In this document: positions 27,910 to 36,430 of the stretch, in pieces
Layout of the letters: every line of letters begins with the position of its first letter
Numbering within the stretch: the stretch's first letter is position 1
Origin: an uncultured Acidobacteriota bacterium
Lineage (GTDB): Bacteria > Acidobacteriota > Terriglobia > Terriglobales > Acidobacteriaceae
Length of the DNA stretch: 64,000 bases
Assembly: GCA_963754885.1 (NCBI GenBank)
Contig: CAVWHT010000041.1
Span: forward strand, 24,441-88,440
Direction of reading: 5' to 3'
Made by a program: the position numbers and the translations under genes
The notes under the pieces: model-generated
What the model saw: only the letters and a program-made list of their open reading frames with translations
The model's database searches: none
What the model was told of the DNA's origin: nothing

Positions 27910-28743
27910 ATGCATTGTCCTAAACCGCGGCGTGCGCGAAATTCATCGTGGCATCAAGACGCGACGATGAAATCGAATCACCCGGAGGCCGCAATGGCAA
28001 GCCCTGGATCTCAAACCATGACGGAATTCTGTGAGCAGGTAAATCCGCGGGTACTGCTGGAAATGCGGCGCACGCGTCCCTTTCCCGACATGCTGCGCGT
28101 GCAGGAAAGCTGGGTCGCGGCGGCTGAGAAACGCGCACTCCTCTGGCTGGCCGCGCACACTCCCGAAGCCATCGGTCCCGACCACTTGACCGCGTTAGGC
28201 CTTGTCGCGCAGATAGGCGCCGGAGCCTGCTATGCCCTGGCATCCAGAAACCGCCTGTGGTTGCTGGGCGTAATCGCCTGCCTCGTACTCAACTGGCTCG
28301 GCGACTCTCTCGATGGAACGCTGGCCCGTGTGCGTCAGCGGCTGCGCCCGCGCTACGGCTTCTACGTCGACCACATGGTTGACAGCTTCGGCGCCCTTGC
28401 CCTGATGGGCGGTCTCGCCCTGTCTGGCTACATGCAGCCGCAGATCGCAATCGGCCTGCTTATCGCGTTTCTCATGCTCTCAATCCAGTCGTATCTGGCG
28501 ACGCACGCCTTGGGGGAGTTTCGGTTGTCGTTCTGGCGCTTCGGACCGACCGAACTGCGCATCCTGCTCGCAATTGGAAATCTCGCCCTGTTGTGGAAGC
28601 CGATCGTGCATCTATTCGGAGGGCAGTACCGCCTCTTTGACATAGGAGGCACGATCGGCCTTGCCGGCATGAGTTTGATGGTCGTTGTCTTCACTGTGCA
28701 GAACACGCTGCGGCTTTATCGCGAAGAAAGGATCGCGCAATGA
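27910..28743 (+). CDS. CDP-alcohol phosphatidyltransferase family protein (start uncertain)
   Basis: NWLGDSLDGTLARVRQRLRPRYGFYVDHMVDSFG matches the D-G-x2-A-R-x8-G-x3-D-x3-D motif. Several in-frame ATGs lie between 27910 and 28020. Confidence 0.8.
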   Translation: MHCPKPRRARNSSWHQDATMKSNHPEAAMASPGSQTMTEFCEQVNPRVLLEMRRTRPFPDMLRVQESWVAAAEKRALLWLAAHTPEAIGPDHLTALGLVAQIGAGACYALASRNRLWLLGVIACLVLNWLGDSLDGTLARVRQRLRPRYGFYVDHMVDSFGALALMGGLALSGYMQPQIAIGLLIAFLMLSIQSYLATHALGEFRLSFWRFGPTELRILLAIGNLALLWKPIVHLFGGQYRLFDIGGTIGLAGMSLMVVVFTVQNTLRLYREERIAQ

Positions 28744-29183
28744 CTCGGAACGCCCGCCAAACTCCCGCGCCGCCTTCCACGTTCGTGCGCTGGTGGAAAT
28801 TTAATTTTGTAGGCGCGATCGGCATCGGCGTGCAATTTGCCGCGCTGTTTCTGTTGAAGAGTGTGCTGGGTTTCAATTACTTATTTGCCACCGCATTCGC
28901 GGTCGAGGCCGCGGTGGTCCATAACTTCGTCTGGCACGAACAATTCACCTGGGTGGACCGAGTTAGGCTGCAAGGGCTGCAGCCTTCGTGGCGCCGGTCG
29001 CTGCCGCGATTCCTGCGTTTCAATCTCACCACCGGAGCCGTCTCAATCGTCGGCAATCTCGCGTTGATGAAAATCATGGTCGGCCAGGGACACATGAATT
29101 ATCTGCTGGCCAACGCAATCGCAATCGCGCTGTGCTCCGTTGCGAATTTTCTGGTGAGCGACGAATGGGTCTTCGAAGGGTAA
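28740..29183 (+). CDS. GtrA family membrane protein
   Basis: ATGA overlap with the upstream stop. FVRWWKFNFVGAIGIGVQFAALFLL...AVVHNFVWHEQFTW is typical of GtrA. Confidence 0.85.
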   Translation: MTRNARQTPAPPSTFVRWWKFNFVGAIGIGVQFAALFLLKSVLGFNYLFATAFAVEAAVVHNFVWHEQFTWVDRVRLQGLQPSWRRSLPRFLRFNLTTGAVSIVGNLALMKIMVGQGHMNYLLANAIAIALCSVANFLVSDEWVFEG

Positions 29184-29222
29184 GGTTTGTCGATGATGAG
29201 TGTGATCAGGATTTTACGACAG

Positions 29223-29666
29223 CTATGAGGCCGCAAGTCTGGAGGCAGCGGAGCGTCTGATCCACCAAATGCCTACAACAAGACACACCAGCACCGGGAT
29301 GATTGCCTGTGCCAATATTCCAACATAATCGGCTCGACTTGGGGATGTTATCCATCCGCGCCTAATCCATTTCCAAGCATTGAGGCTTCCACTGTACAAA
29401 AATAACGCGGCAAGAACGCCGACCCAGACCAGCGGCTTCTTCGTTTCTGTCACCCACACCAATACGATGGATGCAACAGCGGCAACCAGCGCATCGGGGA
29501 ACCCTTGCCACAGCCACATTGCCACGTTGCCTGAATCACCTGTAAAGATCAGCCGATTACTGAGAGGAATGAACAAGACGCGGAATAGCATTGCCACGAG
29601 ACTTGAAGCCTCCCAGACTCCAATAACAAGTAGTGCGTTTCTCGTTGTAAGCCGAGCCATTCGCAT
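29223..29666 (-). CDS. Hypothetical integral membrane protein (about 4 TM)
   Basis: 147 aa, hydrophobic, W-rich; first gene of the AT-richer island. Confidence 0.5.
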   Translation of the reverse strand: MRMARLTTRNALLVIGVWEASSLVAMLFRVLFIPLSNRLIFTGDSGNVAMWLWQGFPDALVAAVASIVLVWVTETKKPLVWVGVLAALFLYSGSLNAWKWIRRGWITSPSRADYVGILAQAIIPVLVCLVVGIWWIRRSAASRLAAS

Positions 29667-29872
29667 CTTCCTAGGACTCCATGCTCCTCAATGCTAAAGA
29701 GCGAAGTCAGGGTTTCCAAGTTACCTCGGGTACTTGGTCAAGGCATGGTTGACGAAATCAGGCCATAGCACAGGATTATGCATTTGACGCAGCACCAAAA
29801 TGGGAACGAAAATGACTAACAGCCGCGACAGGGAAGAGAAACGGGCCGGAGAGGAATCCCCGGCCCCAGATC

Positions 29873-30106
29873 TTACAGATGCTGAAGTTGTTGCACGAGT
29901 TGACGAAGTTTGTCAGATAGTGCGTCAACAGAATAGGCAGTTGAGCGAACGGTTGAGGCAGCAGCAAGAATTGCTTCTGTCGATACTCCAGACCGGACGC
30001 ATTCAATGAACAGCAGATCGTTTCGGGCAAGTTCGCCGATGCGATTTTGTTGCTCTAGCGTCACATCGGCTAGTTGCGTTAGGATGCGCTTAACGTCAGT
30101 TTCCAT
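29873..30106 (-). CDS. Hypothetical small helical protein (77 aa); competing antisense ORF 29800..30009(+)
   Basis: METDVKRILTQLADVTLEQQNRIGELARN... from ATG 30106, with AAGGA ~13 nt upstream. The first 36 codons of track ORF 29873..30214 are just the tRNA read as protein. Confidence 0.3.
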   Translation of the reverse strand: METDVKRILTQLADVTLEQQNRIGELARNDLLFIECVRSGVSTEAILAAASTVRSTAYSVDALSDKLRQLVQQLQHL

Positions 30107-30131
30107 GCGAGGATATTTTCCTTTCGTGGTG

Positions 30132-30221
30132 CGGCGGAGGTGGGAGTCGAACCCACAAAGCCCTGTCGGGGACTTGACGGCTTTTAAGGCCGTTGAGCCT
30201 AGCGGTTTGCTCATCTCCGCC
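30132..30221 (-). tRNA. tRNA-Leu(UAA)-like, type II (long variable arm), atypical
   Basis: - strand sequence: GGCGGAG-AU-GAGC..GCUC-A-ACGGC-CUUAAAA-GCCGU-[CAAGUCCCCGACAGGGCUUU]-GUGGG-UUCGACU-CCCAC-CUCCGCC-G. The cloverleaf folds, but it has A8 instead of U8, no GG in the D-loop, G73, and GCACCA instead of NCCA downstream. Confidence 0.6.
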
Positions 30222-30352
30222 GATTATTTGATTATGCTGACTGGATTGGCAGCCATCCTCAAACGAAACACCAGACGGCGGCAAGTGCCACGGAAGTGAA
30301 GTGGCACGCGAGTTAACGGGCTAACGTCACCTTTCTCTGGCTGAGGCTGCGC

Positions 30353-30547
30353 ATGATATCGAAAGGGAAAAAATTGTCAACAAGTGAAAAACCAGGACAC
30401 GGTGGAAATCTGCCGGAAACACTGAAGGTGGACCGCTCGAAATTCGAGGGAATCGTGCAGCGCCTGATTCACGCCGATCCTGTCAAGCGCGATGACGTGA
30501 AGGTATCGAAGAAAAAGCCTGAGAAGTTAATCCCGCCGCAGAAGTGA
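30353..30547 (+). CDS. Hypothetical small Lys-rich protein (64 aa)
   Basis: Track ORF only; no recognisable family. Confidence 0.35.
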   Translation: MISKGKKLSTSEKPGHGGNLPETLKVDRSKFEGIVQRLIHADPVKRDDVKVSKKKPEKLIPPQK

Positions 30548-30552
30548 TCCGT

Positions 30553-31224
30553 TTACTTTCGCCGAATGTCGGCAAAACCGCTCAAACCTTCGCCTTCGTA
30601 GAGCGCTTCATCTAATGCCTTAACCATCGCGGGGTTTGGAGAGATGGAATACGTGAATTCGCTGTGTCCAAGATTTGCAGTGCGCGTGACAATGCCAAGG
30701 CTCAAACAGTGGTTATATACCCAGAATATCTGATCACGCGTCATTCCGACAGGAAGCTGCGGATCGTAGGTGCCGAACGTTAGAGTTCCATGATTCTTTA
30801 AGTGGCGAAGTGCCGTCAGGCCGTCGCGCTTTGTCGTATCCAGTGCGCTTTTCAGAGTGTCATATGCATGTTGCTCTGCTGGCGTTCGTTTCGGCGGTTG
30901 GAGGTCGAGGATTGTTTGGTCGCGCTGCTTGATTACGCTATGCAGTTCTGTTTCTTTTGTGGCGAAGGAGGCACCCTGCTCTTCGTGGAGCAGCCTAGGC
31001 ACGCGAAGCAACTGGTACAGGATAAAAAGAAAAATCAATGCTACGTATGGCAGAATCGTAGCGGCAACCGAAGGCCAAAAATCGCCAGGACGGAGAACCC
31101 CATATTTAATTTGCAAAGCCAGGGTGACGATCGCAACAACGATAACAATCATCTGCGCGATTCCGAATTGCAAAAATTCTGCACCGACACGTCGAGCGAG
31201 TGTGGGATAATACCTCTGAGACAA
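30553..31224 (-). CDS. Hypothetical membrane-anchored protein (2 TM + ~140 aa soluble domain)
   Basis: IAQMIVIVVAIVTLAL and ILPYVALIFLFILYQLL hydrophobic segments. No family recognised; AT-richer codon usage than the flanks. Confidence 0.55.
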   Translation of the reverse strand: MSQRYYPTLARRVGAEFLQFGIAQMIVIVVAIVTLALQIKYGVLRPGDFWPSVAATILPYVALIFLFILYQLLRVPRLLHEEQGASFATKETELHSVIKQRDQTILDLQPPKRTPAEQHAYDTLKSALDTTKRDGLTALRHLKNHGTLTFGTYDPQLPVGMTRDQIFWVYNHCLSLGIVTRTANLGHSEFTYSISPNPAMVKALDEALYEGEGLSGFADIRRK

Positions 31225-31263
31225 GAAGTATGCCTTTCCAAGCCCCGACTGCGAATCGGGGCT

Positions 31264-32226
31264 TTAGCTTTTCCGAACGAACGGCGTGAACGCATTCTCT
31301 TCCACTAGCTTGGCATACGGCAAGTTCCCTGCCAGCGCCATTCTCAGCACCGTCATCCCGAATAGATCAGCATTCTTCCGATTGTTGAACCGGAACGAGA
31401 ACTCATTCAAGTAGCGTTGCAGGTGCTTTAACGAAACCTTGTGGAAGGCTCCGGTCAGGCCGCGCTTGAACAGCGAGAATGCGGATTCCACGGTGTTCGT
31501 GTGGACATTGCCGCGAACGTAGATTTTGTCCCGGTGCCGGATCGTTTCATGCTTTGATCCGTGGATGCCAGCGCCGATCATGGCGGAAGGATAGGCTTGC
31601 CATTCATCCGTGACCACCATTTTCACGGCTGGATCGATGTGCTCTTTGATCTGCTCGCTAAGATTTTTGGCGGTCGGGCTTTCGATGTGGATCAGCCGCA
31701 GATCGCCACCGCGCTCGCGGATACCCATCACCACTTCTTTATTCAGTTGCTTGCGGTAGTTGCCGCGCTGCTTCCCGCCGACGTAGGTTTCGTCCACTTC
31801 CACTGTGCCCTTCAATTTTGGCGGATTCGCTTCCACCATGGCCTTGCGGATGCGGTGCGCGAGATACCACGCAGTCCGGTATTGCACGCCCAGAGCGCGG
31901 GCGAGTTGACTGGCGGAGATTCCCTTTTTCGATTCGGTAATCAGCGCAATGGCGAGGAACCATTTCGCCAGGGGCAGGTGGGTGTCATGGTAGACGGTGC
32001 CCGTGGTGGCGGTGAACTGGAAGCGGCATTCGTTGCACTGGTAGAGCGAGCGGTCGGGGCTGCGCTTGCCCGTCTTTTTGTTGAGCTTCCCTTTTGCGGT
32101 GATGCGGGTGATTTTCGGGGAGTTACATCCGAGGCACTTTACACCGTCCGGCCAGCGCATATGCTCTAAAAAGGTGTGGCACTTTTCATCGGTGTTCAGT
32201 TCCTTGTAAATGTCTAACAGGTTCAT
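31264..32226 (-). CDS. IS1595 family transposase (ISXO2-like)
   Basis: N-terminal zinc ribbon (CLGCNSPKI...YQCNECRFQF), then VEVDETYVGGK and TDEWQAYPS DDE-type motifs; 320 aa. Terminal inverted repeats could not be identified by eye. Confidence 0.9.
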   Translation of the reverse strand: MNLLDIYKELNTDEKCHTFLEHMRWPDGVKCLGCNSPKITRITAKGKLNKKTGKRSPDRSLYQCNECRFQFTATTGTVYHDTHLPLAKWFLAIALITESKKGISASQLARALGVQYRTAWYLAHRIRKAMVEANPPKLKGTVEVDETYVGGKQRGNYRKQLNKEVVMGIRERGGDLRLIHIESPTAKNLSEQIKEHIDPAVKMVVTDEWQAYPSAMIGAGIHGSKHETIRHRDKIYVRGNVHTNTVESAFSLFKRGLTGAFHKVSLKHLQRYLNEFSFRFNNRKNADLFGMTVLRMALAGNLPYAKLVEENAFTPFVRKS

Positions 32227-32347
32227 GGTGGGCGCTCCGAACTGACCCCATGATGACAGAAAAGGGATGCTGTGTCAAGTGCATAATCATCCCATAGCAC
32301 AAGCATGCGCCGTCTGTTCGCCCCCAGCAGGGAGATTTGTAGATTGT

Positions 32348-32581
32348 TTACTTTCGCAATTTAAAAAGGCCGAGACGTGCAGTGATGATCAACGCCGCTG
32401 TCCAGCAAGAAATGGCCAGAAACGAGAGTTCGCGACCTGCCCTCGCTTTCGCCTCAGTCCAGAACAGAGAGTAGTAAAGAAAGCTTGAATACAGAAAACA
32501 CAGCAATCCCAGAATCATCAGCGACCGTGCCACAAACAGCCACCGCCTTGGGTTCCGCTTGATAAAATTAGTATCGCTCAT
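32348..32581 (-). CDS. Hypothetical small membrane protein (77 aa)
   Basis: Two to three hydrophobic segments; track ORF only. Confidence 0.4.
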   Translation of the reverse strand: MSDTNFIKRNPRRWLFVARSLMILGLLCFLYSSFLYYSLFWTEAKARAGRELSFLAISCWTAALIITARLGLFKLRK

Positions 32582-32729
32582 CCCTGCTGGTCCAAGATCT
32601 GCGGTTTCTGAAATGCTAAACGCTCTGACCTTCGCGCGGCTCCCATTATGCGCTCTACGATCAACTGTTGCTATCAGGCCATAGCGCTTATTGACCTGTT
32701 CTGCACGACATCACGGCAGTAGGAACCGC

Positions 32730-33092
32730 CTACGTGATCCCCAGCTTCTCCAGATTCTCGACCGGCCTGGCCAAGACCGCCTTGCCGCCTCGTGCCACGA
32801 TCGGCCGCTGCAGCAGCTCCGGATGAGCCGCCATGATATTGAGAAGCGCATCGTCACTTAGATCCTTACCCGCCACGAACTCTCGATAGGCAGATTCTTT
32901 CGTTCGCAGAACGTCATGCGGCTTCAACCCCGCGCGCCGCAGCAAGCCTTTCAACGCCTCCGCTGACAACGGATGCTCGATGTAATTCACGGTCTCAAAT
33001 TCCACGCCCTGTGCAGTCAAGACACGCTTGACCTCCCGGCAAGTGCTTCATGTCGGCTTCTCGTACAGCGTTACCGCTTCGTTTTTCTTCAT
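32730..33092 (-). CDS. ArsC/Spx/YffB-family thiol-redox protein with in-frame UGA (putative selenocysteine, UxxC)
   Basis: GGAGGA (33106..33101), 8 nt, ATG 33092. MKKNEAVTLYEKPT, then TGA (33050..33048), then STCREVKRVLTAQGVEFETVNY... in the same frame as track ORF 32730..33020. The total of 120 aa fits the family. Confidence 0.75.
33015..33033 (-). promoter_or_regulatory. Candidate bacterial SECIS hairpin
   Basis: GGUCAAG-CGUGU-CUUGACU (6 WC + 1 G.U) begins 14 nt after the UGA; the apical loop contains GU. Confidence 0.45.
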
Positions 33093-33127
33093 CAGAAGCA
33101 TCCTCCGATTCAGTCGATGTTCCCGGG

Positions 33128-34156
33128 CTACGAAATCTTCAGCACTACCTTCCCGTAGTTCTTCCCTTCTTCGAGCAGCTTGTAAGCTTCAACCGCCCGA
33201 TCCAGCGGGTATACGTGCCCGATCTGCGGAACCAGTTTGCCCTGCTCTATCCACTGGGAAAGCTGCTGCCACGCCGGTTCCATGATCTCGCGCTTATGGG
33301 AAAGGTAAGACAGCCATAGCCCCTGCACCATTCCCGATTTCGCGTACATCGCCCGCAGATCCAGCTTCGGAGACTTCCCGGTCGCCGTGCCGTACTGAAT
33401 GACGCGTCCGAAATCGCGCAGGCAGCGCAGGCTCTTGGCCGTGTGCTCGCCGCCCAGCATTTCGAAAACGGCGTCCACGCCTTCGCCGCGCGTGAGATTC
33501 TTGACCACCTCTTCGTAGTCGTGCTGTTTGTAGTTGATGCCATGCTGCAGGCCCAGCTTTTTCACCCGATCCAGCTTGTCATCCGACGACGACGTGCCGT
33601 ACATCTCCACCCCCAGCAAATGCCCGATCTGTACTGCTGCAGTGCCGACCCCGCCGGCCACGGCATGGATGAGCACGCGGGGAGTGCGGCCGGACTCGGC
33701 GGAATCAAAATCCCCACCCTGTCGCGAAGAACGCGACAAGGATGGGGCACCCGATTGTGATGCAGGCTGTGGCGTCATTCCCGCTTGCCAGTAGCCGAGA
33801 TAGGCCGTGAAATAGTTCACCGGAAAGGCGGCGGCCTGCTCGTCAGTCCAGCGGTCAGGAATAGGCCACAGCATGTGGGAATATGCCGCGGTCTTTTCCG
33901 CGAAGGCGGCCCACTGCGCGTAGCCCATCACCCGGCGGCCGCTGCTTTCTTCCACTCCGGCAAATTCGCGTCCTGCAATTAATGGCGGCGGGGGCGTCCC
34001 CGGATACCCGCCTTGCGCAGTCATGAAATCGGCAAAATTCAGACCTCCAGCGGTCACACGGACAATCGTCTGCCCTGGTTTCGCGGTCGGTTCGGGGGCA
34101 TCCTGAATGGCAAGCCCATCTGGCCCAGAGAGGCTGGTGATCATCAGAGCTTTCAT
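33128..34156 (-). CDS. NADPH:quinone oxidoreductase / zeta-crystallin-like MDR family
   Basis: MKALMITSLSGPDGLAIQDAPEP...IHAVAGGVGTAAVQI...GKVVLKIS; 342 aa including a REP-derived insert. Confidence 0.9.
   Translation of the reverse strand: MKALMITSLSGPDGLAIQDAPEPTAKPGQTIVRVTAGGLNFADFMTAQGGYPGTPPPPLIAGREFAGVEESSGRRVMGYAQWAAFAEKTAAYSHMLWPIPDRWTDEQAAAFPVNYFTAYLGYWQAGMTPQPASQSGAPSLSRSSRQGGDFDSAESGRTPRVLIHAVAGGVGTAAVQIGHLLGVEMYGTSSSDDKLDRVKKLGLQHGINYKQHDYEEVVKNLTRGEGVDAVFEMLGGEHTAKSLRCLRDFGRVIQYGTATGKSPKLDLRAMYAKSGMVQGLWLSYLSHKREIMEPAWQQLSQWIEQGKLVPQIGHVYPLDRAVEAYKLLEEGKNYGKVVLKIS
33712..33747. repeat. Intragenic REP-like palindrome (family CGCGACAAGGATGGGGCAC)
   Basis: ccccaccctgtcgcg-aagaa-cgcgacaaggatgggg inside the oxidoreductase CDS. 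Confidence 0.7.
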
Positions 34157-34423
34157 GCGGAAAGTCTAACAGGCGCGATTCGGGACCGTGGAGCGTAGCT
34201 TCCACCCAGCCCTCTCCCAAGGACTAACCCCGAGGTATATACTCTTGGCGTTGGCTTACTGTTCTTCCGGCTGGGCCCCTTCCAGCCGGGCCGGGGCGTA
34301 CATTCATCCCCTAATTCATGCGCCCCGCATCTGAGAGGCCGGTCCCCACCGGGGGCGATGAGGACGGGCACGGGTGCAACACCCAGTGGCACGGGGAAAG
34401 CTGCATCCGCGGGGAGGTTTACC

Positions 34424-35524
34424 GTGGATCTTATTCTTGTACGTCTTTTTTTCATCATTGTTGTAGCCGCCACCTGCTTCATCATTGAACCTTTCAATCT
34501 GCCTCGAACCTACGATGCGGGCGTGGGCGCGATTATTGGCGCGGCTATTGTCCTGTTCGAATGGAAGCTGCGCACCGTCAGCCTGAAACGCCTGATCGGA
34601 GCAGCGATCGGCAGCATCCTCGGCATTTGCGGCGCTTACCTGTTCGCTCTGGTCATCCGCAACAGTGTCCCCGCGGGGCGTACGCAGAGCTTCCTGCAGA
34701 TTATGGTCATGCTGCTGATGGCCTACGTCGGCCTGATCGTTGGGGCCAACAAGGGCGATGTGCTGAACCTGGCGGCTCTAGGCGGGATTTTTGGCGGCGA
34801 GAAGCAGAGCAAGAAGAGCTACAAAATTCTCGACACCAGCGTCATCATCGACGGGCGGATCGCTGACATCGCCGAAACCGGCTTTCTCGACGGCGTCATC
34901 GTGACTCCGCAGTTCGTGCTGCGCGAGCTGCAACTGGTCGCCGACTCGGCCGACTCTCTGAAGCGCAATCGCGGACGCCGCGGCCTTGACATCCTGCAGC
35001 GCCTGCAGAAAGTCGCCAATCTTCAGATCCAGATCGTGGAAGACGATTTCCCGGCGGTCCGTGAAGTCGACCTGAAGCTGATCGAACTAGCCAAGCTTTA
35101 CGAAGGCAAAATCATCACCAACGACTTCAACCTGAACAAGGTTGCGCAGTTGCAGGGGGTCGAGGTCTTGAATATCAACGAACTGGCCAATTCGCTCAAG
35201 CCGATCGTGCTGCCCGGCGAGGCCATGCGCGTCTTCATCCTGAAAGAAGGCAAGGAATACAACCAGGGAGTCGCCTATCTCGACGACGGGACGATGGTGG
35301 TGGTCGACAATGCGCGCAAGATGATCGGCAAGACCATCGACGTGTCGGTCACCTCGGTGCTGCAGACCACGGCGGGAAAAATGATTTTCGGCAAGTGGGA
35401 CGAGCGCGCCTCTTATTCGCGACAGACGCCATCCGCTGTGCCAGTGACGCCAGCTGTCGTGCCGGCGCCCGGTCCGACGGCAGTGCCGGCGGCGCAGGTC
35501 GATACGAAACAAGGCGCGTCGTAG
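34424..35524 (+). CDS. PIN/TRAM domain membrane protein (YacL-like)
   Basis: RBS ggggagg 34411..34417 then GTG 34424. About 4 TM, PIN domain ([17 protein letters not shown]...), C-terminal TRAM ([23 protein letters not shown]). Confidence 0.85.
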   Translation: MDLILVRLFFIIVVAATCFIIEPFNLPRTYDAGVGAIIGAAIVLFEWKLRTVSLKRLIGAAIGSILGICGAYLFALVIRNSVPAGRTQSFLQIMVMLLMAYVGLIVGANKGDVLNLAALGGIFGGEKQSKKSYKILDTSVIIDGRIADIAETGFLDGVIVTPQFVLRELQLVADSADSLKRNRGRRGLDILQRLQKVANLQIQIVEDDFPAVREVDLKLIELAKLYEGKIITNDFNLNKVAQLQGVEVLNINELANSLKPIVLPGEAMRVFILKEGKEYNQGVAYLDDGTMVVVDNARKMIGKTIDVSVTSVLQTTAGKMIFGKWDERASYSRQTPSAVPVTPAVVPAPGPTAVPAAQVDTKQGAS

Positions 35525-35565
35525 CCGGATGGCGTCCTAGAGAGGCCAGGATTCTGCGGACAGAG

Positions 35566-35599
35566 ATTTTGTGGGGACAGCCGCCATCGGCTGTCCGGC
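35566..35599 (+). repeat. REP-like element (TGTGGGGACAGCCG family)
   Basis: ttttgtggggacagccg-ccat-cggctgtccggcc; 9-bp stem 35574..35595. Confidence 0.8.
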
Positions 35600-35683
35600 C
35601 GCCATGCGGCGTATGGCTGTGCCCCGCACACAAGCCTCGCATTTGAACTTGCCGCCTTCCCACTCGTATACTGACAGCCCGCC

Positions 35684-36421
35684 ATGAAGGTTCTCGTCAT
35701 CATCCCGGCCGCTGGTCTTGGAACGCGCATGGCCCCCGTCCCCAGCGCCATGGATCCCAAGTCGAAGAAGGCTCATCCGACCAAGCAGTTCACAGAGCTT
35801 GCGGGCACTCCGATCTTGATTCACACGCTGCGCAAATTTGCCGCCATCGATGAAATCAGCGAGATCTGGATCGCTCTCCGCGAAAACGAAATTGAGGGAT
35901 TCCGCGAACGGCTGGAAACCGAAGCGAAAGATGTTCTTGGGAAGAAGATCGAGCTGGTCGTGGGCGGCGAGCACCGCCAGCAGTCGGTCGAGCACGCTCT
36001 GAATGCAGTCACGGCAGCCCCGGACGACATCGTGCTTGTGCACGACGCCGTGCGTCCTCTGGTGACCACTGAAATCATTCGCGAAGTCATTGAGGCCGCC
36101 AGGAAATACGGCGCGGCCATTGCCGGGCTTCCCGCCGTAGACACGGTGAAGCAGGTGGAGCGCACCTCCGAGGGCGCCATCATCAAAGCGACGATTCCGC
36201 GCGCTGGCATCGTGCTGGCGCAAACGCCCCAGGGCTTCCGCTACGACGTCATCAAGAAAGCCTTCGACGAAGCCACCGCTGACGGCTTCATGGGCACCGA
36301 CGAAGCCTCGCTCGCCGAGCGCTCCGGCCACGAGGTCGCCGTGGTGATGGGCTCGCCGCGAAATATCAAGATCACGACTCCCGGAGACATGGAACTGGCG
36401 GAGTTCTATCTGAAGAAGTAG
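35684..36421 (+). CDS. ispD: 2-C-methyl-D-erythritol 4-phosphate cytidylyltransferase
   Basis: MKVLVIIPAAGLGTRM...VLVHDAVRPLV...AQTPQGFRY. Confidence 0.95.
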   Translation: MKVLVIIPAAGLGTRMAPVPSAMDPKSKKAHPTKQFTELAGTPILIHTLRKFAAIDEISEIWIALRENEIEGFRERLETEAKDVLGKKIELVVGGEHRQQSVEHALNAVTAAPDDIVLVHDAVRPLVTTEIIREVIEAARKYGAAIAGLPAVDTVKQVERTSEGAIIKATIPRAGIVLAQTPQGFRYDVIKKAFDEATADGFMGTDEASLAERSGHEVAVVMGSPRNIKITTPGDMELAEFYLKK

Positions 36422-36430
36422 CGGGATCGA

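Noticed and set aside
30127-30221. tRNA-Sec (selC) hypothesis for the long-arm tRNA-like gene
   Set aside because: The anticodon loop is CUUAAAA (UAA, not UCA). The D-arm is a 4-bp stem with a 10-nt loop rather than 6 bp/4 nt. The 8th acceptor pair exists but leaves no proper discriminator-CCA.
31225-32345. Terminal inverted repeats / full boundaries of the IS1595 element
   Set aside because: I could not find convincing inverted repeats by eye in the flanks of the transposase gene, so only the CDS is reported.
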